A stretch of 64,000 nt of DNA. Origin: Octopus vulgaris. Taxonomy: Eukaryota. The stretch lies in assembly GCA_951406725.2 (NCBI GenBank), contig OX597816.1, forward strand, positions 124,434,001 to 124,498,000, given 5' to 3'. A program made the position numbers and the translations under genes. The number at the start of each line of letters is the position of its first letter. The first letter of the stretch is position 1. The notes beneath the pieces were generated by a model, which saw only the letters and a list, made by a program, of their open reading frames with translations, made no database searches and was not told the DNA's origin. Of the stretch, positions 53,843 through 64,000 are shown piece by piece.

Positions 53843-54954
53843 TACATATGTATATACATATATATATGTTTATATGCTCTCTTTCTACTTTTTTCATCAC
53901 AATATCAATTTCGTCTCATATTTCGAAATAAAGAAAGCTTTCTATCCTATTACGTCTATAGATATATTCTCAATTCCTTGTAATCTGTCAACCAACTACT
54001 AAGTAGCTTAAGCTGCTGTTTAATGTTCGATTTTAGCTATGTTTTATTGAGTTGAAACTGGGCGTGTAGGTGCAATTAAAAGAATATCCTGCATCTTGTT
54101 AAGACGTGAATTTTTTAAGTCAGATAATATTTTACTAATCCTTACAATAGATTTTGTTTATTTGCTTGAGAATATTGTTGAACGAAATTTCAATACTTAT
54201 ATATCATTTACATTACAATTTAGCATACTTTTTTGTTTCCAAGTACAATTTTAGAATCTCATGTGTATGTTTCCATATATAGATACTTTGTGTTTTTTTT
54301 ATGTTTATGTATGTGAATTTAATATGTTTATTTTTGCAAAATAAGTTTTAGCTACTTTTTGGTTTGAAACTATCTTTTACTTTTTAATGAGTTTTGCTAT
54401 TAATTGTACAAAACGTTTTTGATTTCTTTTTGTAGAGTAAACTTTATCTGAAGAATTTATAGAGAAATGCTTCTACTTCTAATTCAGTTGAGTAAAATTT
54501 ATATATTTAAGATATATTTACAAATTAGATATTTTATATGATATCACTGGAATGATTTTTTTAAAATTTAGATTCTGGGTCTATTTTTGAAACTCTCGCA
54601 ACTTTGAATTATTTAATTGATATTGAATACTAAAGAAGTACTAACAATTTTCTTTATTTTATTTCGAATTCTTTTTTTTCTGTTTGACATGTATATTATA
54701 ACAATGTAGTCGTAGAGGTTGCCAGCACCCAGTGTTTCTATTAAGCATATATCATGTTGTACATTGTTGTTTTGTAGCACCAGGTAAGAATTAATAGTGA
54801 TCCTTTATGATCAGTCGGTTTTATTTTTTAGACAAATAGTGTCTATTAATATTTCACTTATTCTGTAGTAGAATGGGATTTCATGAAGATTCGCTTGCTT
54901 TGTTTAGAATTTTCAACAACAGAGTAAAAATTATCTCTTTGGTAATTTTGATAA

Positions 54955-55170
54955 CGGTTTCAAATTCTAGCACTAAGCCAGCTATTTGGGGATTTTGGTT
55001 AAATCGATCACATCGATCCTAGTGATCAACTGGTACTTAATTTTTCGACCCCGAAAGGATGAAAGGCAAAGTCGACCTCGGTGGCATTTGAACTCAGAAC
55101 GTAAAAACGGATGAAATGCCGCCAGGCCTTTCACCTGACATGCTAACGATTCTGCCAGCTCGCTGCCTTA
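54955..55170 (-). mobile_element. SINE family B copy (a more decayed copy follows at about 55195-55440)
   Basis: CGACCCCGAAAGGATGAAAGGCAAAGTCGACCTC...TTTGAACTCAGAACG...GATTCTGCCAGCTCGCTGCCTT. Confidence 0.85.
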
Positions 55171-58100
55171 ATGCTCATTTTAATAATAGTATTTGTTTCT
55201 AATTTAGGTAAGAGGCCAGCAATTTTGAGGGAGGGGTAAGGTGATTAATGGAACCTGGTACTTTTGCTGTACTATATATTTATCGGGCTCAAGGGGAGAG
55301 AAAGCATGGGTAAGCTCGGTGAGAGTTGAACTCAGAACGACCTGAGGTAATACCGAAAGACATTTCATTCCAAACTTCTAAGGAGTAAATTTGAGGCGCT
55401 GTCCCAATACGGTCGGAATCTAGTGACTGAAGTACACAAAAAACTATTGCTTAACTAAAACCTTTTTCAAAAGTGCCTTAGGTATATGCTTGCTTAACGC
55501 TGTAGGGAGATACCTAGGAGAAATTTTACTGTTGTTTCTTGTTGGTCAAATGAACACAGAAATACCTCTTTATAATAAAATATCCTATCCAGTTTCTGCT
55601 ATGTTTGCTTCTGTCAGTCTCAATATCTCTGATGTGATGTTTATCATTGATTATTGTTGTATATGATATATTTGGTTTCAATACTTTCATTATTTTGATT
55701 TATGATCTTTTTTCACTCACGTCTCTTTCTACAAAATTCAAATTTTTTTTCCGAATAGAATTGTTTCTTTAGTGGTTTTGTTATTTAAATCTCTTTAATA
55801 TCTTTTTTTCCTAAACAGTTTTATTTTCCTACAATTACATTATCATTATTTTTTTTCGGCTCTCTTTTTACTCTGATTTTACTGAGTAATATCTTATTTC
55901 GTTCTTTAACCCCGATGTCCATCTTTGACTGCAGTATTTGTACCGTAGTAGAGGCCACGTATTGTTCTGACTTTTATACCGTTGTTAGTCTGTATATAAT
56001 TTTTTTAACTTTATTTTTTTGTTTTTATTGAGGTTTTATTGTTTTCATTGCAATCGCTTTCAGGAATCGCTCTGGTAAATTAATTGATTATTAACAGCTA
56101 TTTTTATGTCACTTTTAATCTTTGTGTTAATTCCGGTGTGTATCAATAACTACCTTTTTTAATGCTATAATTTTGATATCTTATTACATCTAGGTTGTGT
56201 CCTATTTTGAACTTGCATAAACGTTATTTCTTTAAGTTTCAAACACATTTTTTCTATAATTTCTCTGACTACTGTTATTCTGTTTTTTTCTTTTTCGTAC
56301 TGGATGTTTTTCATGATATTAATTGATATCACTGGTGTTGTTACTATAGCACTAGTTCTAAAATGACTATTATTGTGGTCACATTACATTCTATTGATAT
56401 ATGGTCTGTAATAGAGTTTTATCGCTTTCTTATTCCCCTAGAATTTTTCATTTTATGTTTCCGTGCTTAGCTATCGTTATTCGATTAATTTTTATTCGAT
56501 ATCCATTATTACGTTCGAAAAATTTATGTTGTCCATCTTTTGTCTTACATTAGACTCTTTTATTGCCGTATGCATATAATTATGCATATGTTGTTGTTTT
56601 TCAAGAGATTATCATTAATATATGCTTTGATAGTTTTTAACGGATTGTGCATTTTTGTTAAATGCGCTTGCTGATGTTGCTTTCTAACTAAATAGACAAC
56701 ACAAGTTTGTTTTCCATTTTTATCTTCACAGATAAGTCGCTTCTCAGAAATATATGCTGATATTTGAAAGAGATTACGTAGTTCAAATCGCTGTAGTATT
56801 AAGCATACACATTTTCCTTTCCATGTTGCTGAAGTAATTTGGTGACGAATTCAATTGCCTATAATTTTTCCCTACAATTACTATATTGTAATGTTTTAAA
56901 AATAGTTCTTTTTAGAATTTAAAATAAAAGTTCAAAATTTTCCCTTCTTTTCACTTTCTTTATAATTTGCAACAATAGCTGCGAGGGCTGCCGTTTCGTT
57001 TATCAAGTCTCCTATGTTTTTCTTGATATCAATTGACATCAGTGGCGTTGTTACTTTAGTGCTTAGACTTAAAAGCACTATTAATGTGGCCATGTTACAT
57101 TCTAAGGACATGTCTGTTAGAGCTTTTTAGAGAGTTTATTCTGAAATGTTAAAATTATCCGTTTCTTCCTCGTACACTTTATTTTTATTATGTTTATAAG
57201 AAGAAAAAAAATGATTGCAAACCAAATTTTACTTAACTTAATAGTTGAAAAGTGAAGGGGCTCTGCTTGAATTTTTACAAATTGGTATCTTTGCGAGGAT
57301 AATATACAGGTGTTAAATATATGATATAAAGAATTGGCATAATATGCGGCTGTCAACTAAAATCTATCACACGAGAGGCAAATTTGTTGTATATACTCAC
57401 GAAACTTTAACTTCTAAGTTTGAAAAATATATACACAAACATATGTAAATACACATGCAAGTTTGTGTGTGTTTCAATGCTTATGAATACAGTGTAAAAT
57501 GAGTCAAATAATAAACTGCAACGAGAGATTCCTTCAAGAATCTCTCTCTTTTCCAGAGTTTTCTCTTGGTAAACGTTTCATGATTATGAATGTATATATT
57601 TCTGTATGCGTTTAATAACAAATAAAATCAGACGAGGCGCTTTCTAAGTATGAAAATAAATGTTATTTCTCCTAATATGTAGGGCTTGAAATAACTTTTC
57701 CTATTAATTCCTAACTAAAATAAGACAAAGGGAGACGAAAACCAAATCGCAATGAAAATAGCAACATAATGCCATTGATTTATTTTATATAAATAAAAAA
57801 ACAAATGAAAAAATATTATCATTCTCTTGAATGTTTAACGCATATTTACATAAATAAATATGGAAAAGACAGACCATTTCTAATCAGCAGAAAATGTTAA
57901 ATAGAAGTCAACTATAAGAGATAACATCCCTTACAGAAAGCTGGCACATTGTATTCATTCTAAAGGATATAACGTTTAAACATTAATCACCGTTTTTCAA
58001 AATTTCAGTCTAAAAATTGATGGCACATTACAGCAAACAGTAAACGTAAAGTGAGGTCGTGTCTGTGATCCAGTTTCAATTCTTACTTGTAATTTAATCG

Positions 58101-58482
58101 TTTTGTTTGCGTCATTAAAATCTGAACATAAACAATGCATCGAAAGTAAGGGTTTCATTTCTTCATATCACTTCTTGTGCTTCGCGTTTTCATAGAGAAC
58201 TTAAACAGAAAACCACTCTATTTAAGTGAATTGTTTTAAATGATAATTTAAAGGTGTTTGCATTTAAAGCAATTTCGCTATAACAGACTTATATGTACTA
58301 AAAAGAATCTTCATAATCGGTGTAGGTATTTGCAATAAAACAGTACCTCTTCCATCTATAGTATACAAGTTGTACGAAACCTCCTGGAAGCTCTTTGTGG
58401 GTTGAGCAGTGCTACAGGCAGCAGATATTAGATTGAAGTTTACTTAATTGAAAGGAAAAAGATGATTTAATGCTGTCGCTCA

Positions 58483-58536
<54 letters not shown>

Positions 58537-58537
58537 A

Positions 58538-58575
<38 letters not shown>
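58483..58575. repeat. (TAC)n-(TAA)n microsatellite, left flank of the Dong-type insertion
   Basis: Direct reading; (TAA)n resumes at 60528-60584. Confidence 0.95.
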
Positions 58576-60424
58576 GGATTGACTATAAAAAGGCCTTCGA
58601 CAGTATACCGCATTCATGGATCTTGAAATCGCTGGACATCTTCAAAATTTCCCCTGTGATTTCAAGCTGTTGTTGTGGAATACGAATCTCCAATTATACC
58701 ATTCTAATGGAGTACTTGCCTCAGAGAATATAAACATCAACTGTGACATTTTTCAAGGTGACTCACTTTCACCTCTAATATTCTGCATAGCCCTAATACC
58801 CCTTACAAGTGGATTAAACAGAACAGGGTATGGGTATAGAATTGTCAATAAAAAAATAATCCATCTATTTTATATGGCTGACATAAAACTCTATGGTAAA
58901 GAGGATTATGAACTTAAAGGCCTATTGCGCACTGTGAAAGCATTCAGTGATGACATCGGGATGGAGTTTGGGCTTGAGAAGTGTGCCAAGGCCACTTTCC
59001 AGAAAGGGAAAGTGAAGACCACAAATTCAGTCGTGTTTGATATTAACACAGTCATAAGAGAGCTTGAGCAAGAACAAACCTACAAATATTTAGGGATAAA
59101 TGAAGGCTCTGGTATTCAGCATGCAAGCATGAAAGAGAAGATCAGGAAGGAATGTTATAGGAGAGTTCGAGCAGTCCTGAAATCTGAACTAAATGCACGT
59201 AACAAGGTGTTAGCTATAAATTCCTTAGCAGTTCCAGTTGTTACTTATAGCTACAATGTGTTGAACTGGAATATGAGTGAAGTAAAGAAACTAGATAGGA
59301 AAATACACAAGCTGTTGAGTTGTAATAGGAAGCACCACCCAAAGGCAGACGTAGATCGTCTTTACCTCTCCAGAGCCCAAGGAGGTCGAGGCCTGATCCA
59401 ATTTGAACTAGCTTACAAAACAACCACAATTGGACTGGCCAAATATCTTGAAATAACGAATGACTGGATGCTAAAGTTCGTGGAAAATCACGCAAGACGA
59501 AAGAAGCTTCATTCTATCATAAAAGAAAGCAAAAAATTTGCTATTGATCTCGTGCAGGATACCCAAACTGAACAACCTAGGGGAAGTACGGCAACTATTG
59601 TTGCAAAGAAGGTGAAAATGATGGCAACGAAAAAAGCGCAAGAGCAATTGGCTGATAGGTGGGAGGAGAAACCTCTGCACGGCAAATATGTGGCCCGTAG
59701 CAAACAAGCTGATGTTGACCAGAAGCAACCCCATCAGTGGCTACGGAGCTCAGGGCTAAAAGCAGAGAGCGAAGGTTTCATCCTGGCTGCTCAAGATCAA
59801 AGCCTATTAACCCGGAACTACCAGGCCAATGTGATGAAAAATGGAGCAGACCCAAAATGCCGATTCTGCAACGACATGATTGAAACAGTGGACCACCTAA
59901 TCTCTGGATGTAAAGTCTTAGCACCAGTGGACTATAAATTAAGACATGACAGAGTTGGCCAATATCTACACTGGCTAATAAGTCGGCATTACAATATCAA
60001 AACTGCCGACAAGTGGTATAATCACCACCCTGAAGCTGTAATTGAAGGAGAAAATGTAACGATTCTGTGGGACTTTCCAGTACATACAGACCGACCCATC
60101 AAAGCCAATAAACCGGATATTGTTGTGAAAGACCAAAACAATAAAGTTTGCTTATTGATCGATATAAGCATACCCTGTGATCATAATATCTCGGCGAAAG
60201 AATTTGACAAGCTCAGAAAATATAAAGACCTGCTCATTGAAATTGAGAAAATGTGGCATCTCAAGGCGGTTACAATACCAGTGATCGTAGGAGCACAAGG
60301 AATGATCAAGAAGGGAACCGAAAATTATATGAGAATGATCCCTGGTTTACCATCCCTGCAAGAAGTGCAAAAGATTGTCTTAACTGGTACATCACACGTA
60401 TTGAGAAGAGCATTGTCGATGTGA
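58576..60424 (+). pseudogene. RT, CCHC zinc knuckle and restriction-like endonuclease ORF, 5'-truncated
   Basis: IDYKKAFDSIPH, IFQGDSLSPLIF, HLFYMADIK (YMDD mutated), YKYLG, GGRGL, CRFC..ETVDHLISGC, RHD, KPDIVV..LIDISIP, KLRKY; one frameshifting deletion near 58665, then about 580 open codons. Confidence 0.92.
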
Positions 60425-60527
60425 GAACTATTACTACCCATGTATACTATGAGTTTCTCTGCCCTAGGAGTCGGGAAGACACTCGGCAATAAATGGAAGC
60501 AAATGTGAAAGAAGAAGAAAAACCCAT
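58576..60527 (+). mobile_element. 5'-truncated R4/Dong-type RLE non-LTR retrotransposon inserted in (TAA)n
   Basis: Starts mid-RT, ends in a short 3' UTR, and has (TAA)n on both sides, the established target of Dong elements. Confidence 0.9.
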
Positions 60528-60528
60528 A

Positions 60529-60587
<59 letters not shown>

Positions 60588-60796
60588 CCATCATTTCTAT
60601 TATAAGCACAAGGCCTGAAATTTCGGAAGAGAGACCAGTCGATCAGATCAACCCAGTACCCGACTTACCACACAACTTGCACAATTCGCTAGAAAATCCT
60701 TATCAAATGATATACAGAAACTAAGAAAACACTTAGTCCACAGAAACACAATTTAATAAAATAACACATATCATTGTGGAGTCGATACCTGACACT

Positions 60797-61255
60797 ATTT
60801 CTTTACTATCCACAAGGGGCTAAACACAGAGGGGACAAACAAGGACAGACAAACGGATTAAGTCGATTATACCAACCTCAGTAGGTAACTCGTACTTATT
60901 TAATCGACCCCTAAAGTATGAAAGGCAAAGTCGACCTCAGTGCAATTTGAACTCAGAACGTAGCGACGGAATAAATACCGCTAAGAATTTCGTCAAGTGC
61001 GCTGGCGATTCTGCCAGCTCACCGCATTAATAATAAGAACCCTTTCAACTGGAAGCAGAAGGCTTCAGATTTGGAGGAAGGGATTAAGTCGATTACATCG
61101 ACCCCAGTGCGTAACTGGTACTAATTTCATCGGTCCCGAAATGAGGAAAGGTAAAGTCGACCTTGGCGAAATTTGAACTCAGAACGCAACGGAAGACGAA
61201 ATACTGCTAAGCATTTCGCCCGGCGTGCTAACGATTCTTCCAGTTCGCCGTCCTT
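60797..61255 (-). mobile_element. Two tandem SINE family B copies (about 60797-61027 and 61040-61255)
   Basis: Each has AAAGTCGACCT, TTTGAACTCAGAACG and GATTCT(G/T)CCAG; the first carries the same tail as 42951-43179. Confidence 0.85.
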
Positions 61256-61311
<56 letters not shown>

Positions 61312-61312
<1 letters not shown>

Positions 61313-61750
61313 TCTTCTTTGTTGACCATTAAGGGTTCACAAAAATATAGGAACAATACAGGGCAATACATACAATGAAACGTAAAAAGCGATAAAATAC
61401 ATTTTAACAGCGAAAAATTCCGAAACACCGAGACTCCACAACATTTGCTCCACCTTTGACTAAAATTGCCCTCTCTTTCCTTTTCAAGTCAAACTTGAAA
61501 ACTTTGATTAGGGCTTGGCCAAAGAGGAGATTATATCATCATCCCTTTCAGTCTGATCCATCGCACAAACTTTCGCTAAGGCCACCAGTGAAAGAAACAC
61601 TGTCTATTCTTCCGGAGAAGCGACGGGACGATCTTCGCAATGGACACAGTCGATAGCTGGATCCTTTCTACACATGACAACAGATGTCCAGCATAAACTC
61701 ACAAGTTAGCAATACATGGATACAGAACAAGAGCGTGCAGAACAGTTTCG
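61312..61750 (-). mobile_element. Tx1/L1-like LINE 3' end abutting (TAA)n
   Basis: Reverse complement shows ...FKFDLKRKERAIL..RW, then a T-rich 3' UTR ending GGTCAACAAAGAAGA(TAT)n. Confidence 0.55.
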
Positions 61751-63480
61751 TGGCCCTGTGCGCATTTCGGGTAATCCCCGTTGACAGCACATTCATGCCT
61801 GTAAAGTTTATCTGAAACTGGCAATGCCCCGCTCCCGCTGGTAGCAATGCCAGGCAACCTTTATGGTTTCCCTTAAAACATGTTGGAGCATCATCGTAAA
61901 GAACATAGCAAAGAGTACAGGATCTAAAACAGCCCTGTTTAGTTCCAATGGGAACAGAAAATACCATTGAACATTGACAGTTAGATATCACTATTGCCAC
62001 CGTTCCCTCGTGCAAAGATACTATTACGCTTATCATTTTATCAGGAAGATCAACTTCTAACTACATTTTTCAAAGCGCCTCACTATTCACTGTATCAAAT
62101 GCATTAGTCAAGTCGAGAAAACCATGCACAAGTCAGTAAGTATTTTGCTCACGTGATTATTCTTGAGCAAAAGTTTCAGGGCTAAAATCATGTCAACTGT
62201 GTCTCTCCCAGCCCAAAGTTTACATTGGGATTCAAGATATATGCTGTTTACTACATGCATATTGATGCAGTTAAGAATCACCTGCGCAAGAAGTTTTTTC
62301 CAGGTAGGCACAATAACGTTATCCCTCTGTGATTATCACGTACACACTTCTTCCATTTGTTTTTGAACAAGTGCATTATAGATGCATCTTTGAACTATTT
62401 GGACAGATACGCAGTTTCCCACATCAAGCAGATCAGTTTGCAGTGCTCTCTTACAAGGTGCCTACCACTATATTTGTACACTTCTATGGAAACACCGTCT
62501 TGTCCAGGAGCTTTACAACCGGAAAGTCTTTTAATAGCAGTAATTATCTCTTCAAAGGAATGATCTTCTGCTTGTTCCTCAATTATAGACGTTTGAAAGA
62601 TTTTATTGGTTATCTCAGAATTGGTAGTGGATTTCTGATTTAGTATGAATTTAAAGTGTTCAGCCCATCTCTTCAGAATTTCATCTGTGCTACTAAGTTT
62701 TGAACCGTCATTAGAAAGAATAGGTCCTATACCACACTTTTTGAAATCAAATATACATTTGAGATTATCACACAACGCTCTCACGCAGTGGGAGTTAGCA
62801 GAGGTTCCAGTTCTGGGCCTTTTTTGTCCACCAAGAGCTTTTCCTCAGACGCAATTTTTTGAGAGAAGTTTTATTAAGATCTGAGGGATGATGAATATTT
62901 GTCTGAGATCTTTTGTGCATAGATTTTAGGAGAGGTTTGATTTGAGAATCATTTCCATCGAACCAATCTTGATTCTTCGCGAATCCTAGAACTTCCTCAG
63001 CAGATGATTTGATGCTTTCGCGAAGATTACGCCATAAAACTCCAGGATAATTTATTTTCTATTGCCAGTAATATACGACGGATAGAAGATTCCAGCCAAC
63101 TTCAACTGCCTTTCATTCAGAAGCTTGGAAAATGGATAAATTAGCTCATATAGGCATAGGAGTGGCCTTTTTGTATATGGTTCCACGCATACCTTACTTA
63201 GAATATTCTGTGATCTAAGTAACACTGAAGAGTTTAGTGAGCTCTTGTTAATTTGGCATCACTGCAATCTTTGCATTTAGTTATGACATAATCAAGCATG
63301 TGCCAATTATCAAATCATGGATGCTTCCAGATGTTTTTATACTTATTTGCCTCCTGAAATATTGTGATTGCAATTATTAAACCAAATTGTCGACAGAAAT
63401 AAAGCAGTCAGTGACCATTTGCATTCATCTTAGCAGTTTCATGCTAATTACCTTCGATACTACTCAATCATGCAGGCGCC
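61750..63480 (-). mobile_element. Decayed RTE-clade LINE (endonuclease C-terminal part and RT N-terminal half)
   Basis: Reverse complement: KHP..WHMLDYVI, LDHR, ILKRWAEHF..LN, KAPGQDGVSIEVYKYSG, ESQC..GRDTVDMI, AFDTV, GTKQGC. Confidence 0.85.
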
Positions 63481-63787
63481 TGTACATTAATTAAGCTACT
63501 GGGAAAAAGCTAGCAAATGTGTGCTAATATAGAAACAAACAAGAGTATTATATTATTACAACAAACAAACGAAGTGTGCATATATAACTGCATGAAGTCT
63601 TACGGCTTACAATTATACATATACAACAATAACGACAGAAAGAACTTTGCAGCTGTCAAACGAACTGAATGGAGTTGCGCAAAGAGAAAATGAAGTCCTA
63701 GAGGACAGAACGGATGTAGCAAAAGCGTAACCAGTTTGGTCAAAAGTAGGACGAAAAAGAATGACACCACTTTTTTCTGGACACCAG

Positions 63788-63949
63788 ACCAGTTTGACAG
63801 TGCTCTCTTACAAGGTGCCTACCACCATATTTGTACACTTCTACGGAAACACCTTTTTGTCCAGGAGATTTAAGACTGGAAAGTCGTTTAATAGCAGTAA
63901 TTATCTCTTCCAAGGAAGGATTTTCTGCCTGTTCCTCAATTATAGACGT
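63788..63949 (-). mobile_element. Second short fragment of the same RTE RT segment
   Basis: Colinear and highly similar to 62431-62592. Confidence 0.85.
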
Positions 63950-64000
63950 CTCAGGAAGTGCTGAGAGAGGGAAAAAGGGGTGACAGAGTGAGAGAGAGAG

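Overview
Eukaryotic, AT-rich, repeat-dominated DNA that looks intronic or intergenic; I found no supportable host protein-coding exon. The SINE families, dense microsatellites and TE mix look like an Octopus (coleoid cephalopod) genome, which is recognition by eye, not a database result. DNA transposons: two full-length but disabled mariners (1658-2917, 38387-39657), a mariner derivative built from two inverted 5' ends (9045-9909), a 776-bp foldback element with an 8-bp TSD (18653-19428) and probable Helitron remnants. Non-LTR retrotransposons: a near-complete CR1-group LINE (about 30990-34428), two older CR1-group copies, Tx1/L1-like and RTE remnants, a young 5'-truncated R4/Dong-type element inside (TAA)n (58576-60527), Penelope-like fragments and many tRNA-derived SINEs. 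The most interesting observation is a tRNA-headed SINE-like element (47789-48165) with a Penelope-type minimal hammerhead ribozyme motif in its tail and an inverted copy of that tail upstream, suggesting a Pol III/hammerhead element mobilised by Penelope-like machinery. A second hammerhead motif of the same architecture lies at 21494-21528, and near-perfect 75-78 bp inverted repeats occur at 6900-7070 and 45156-45403. Most short ORFs in the track are microsatellite or antisense-TE artefacts. Boundaries of decayed elements are approximate.
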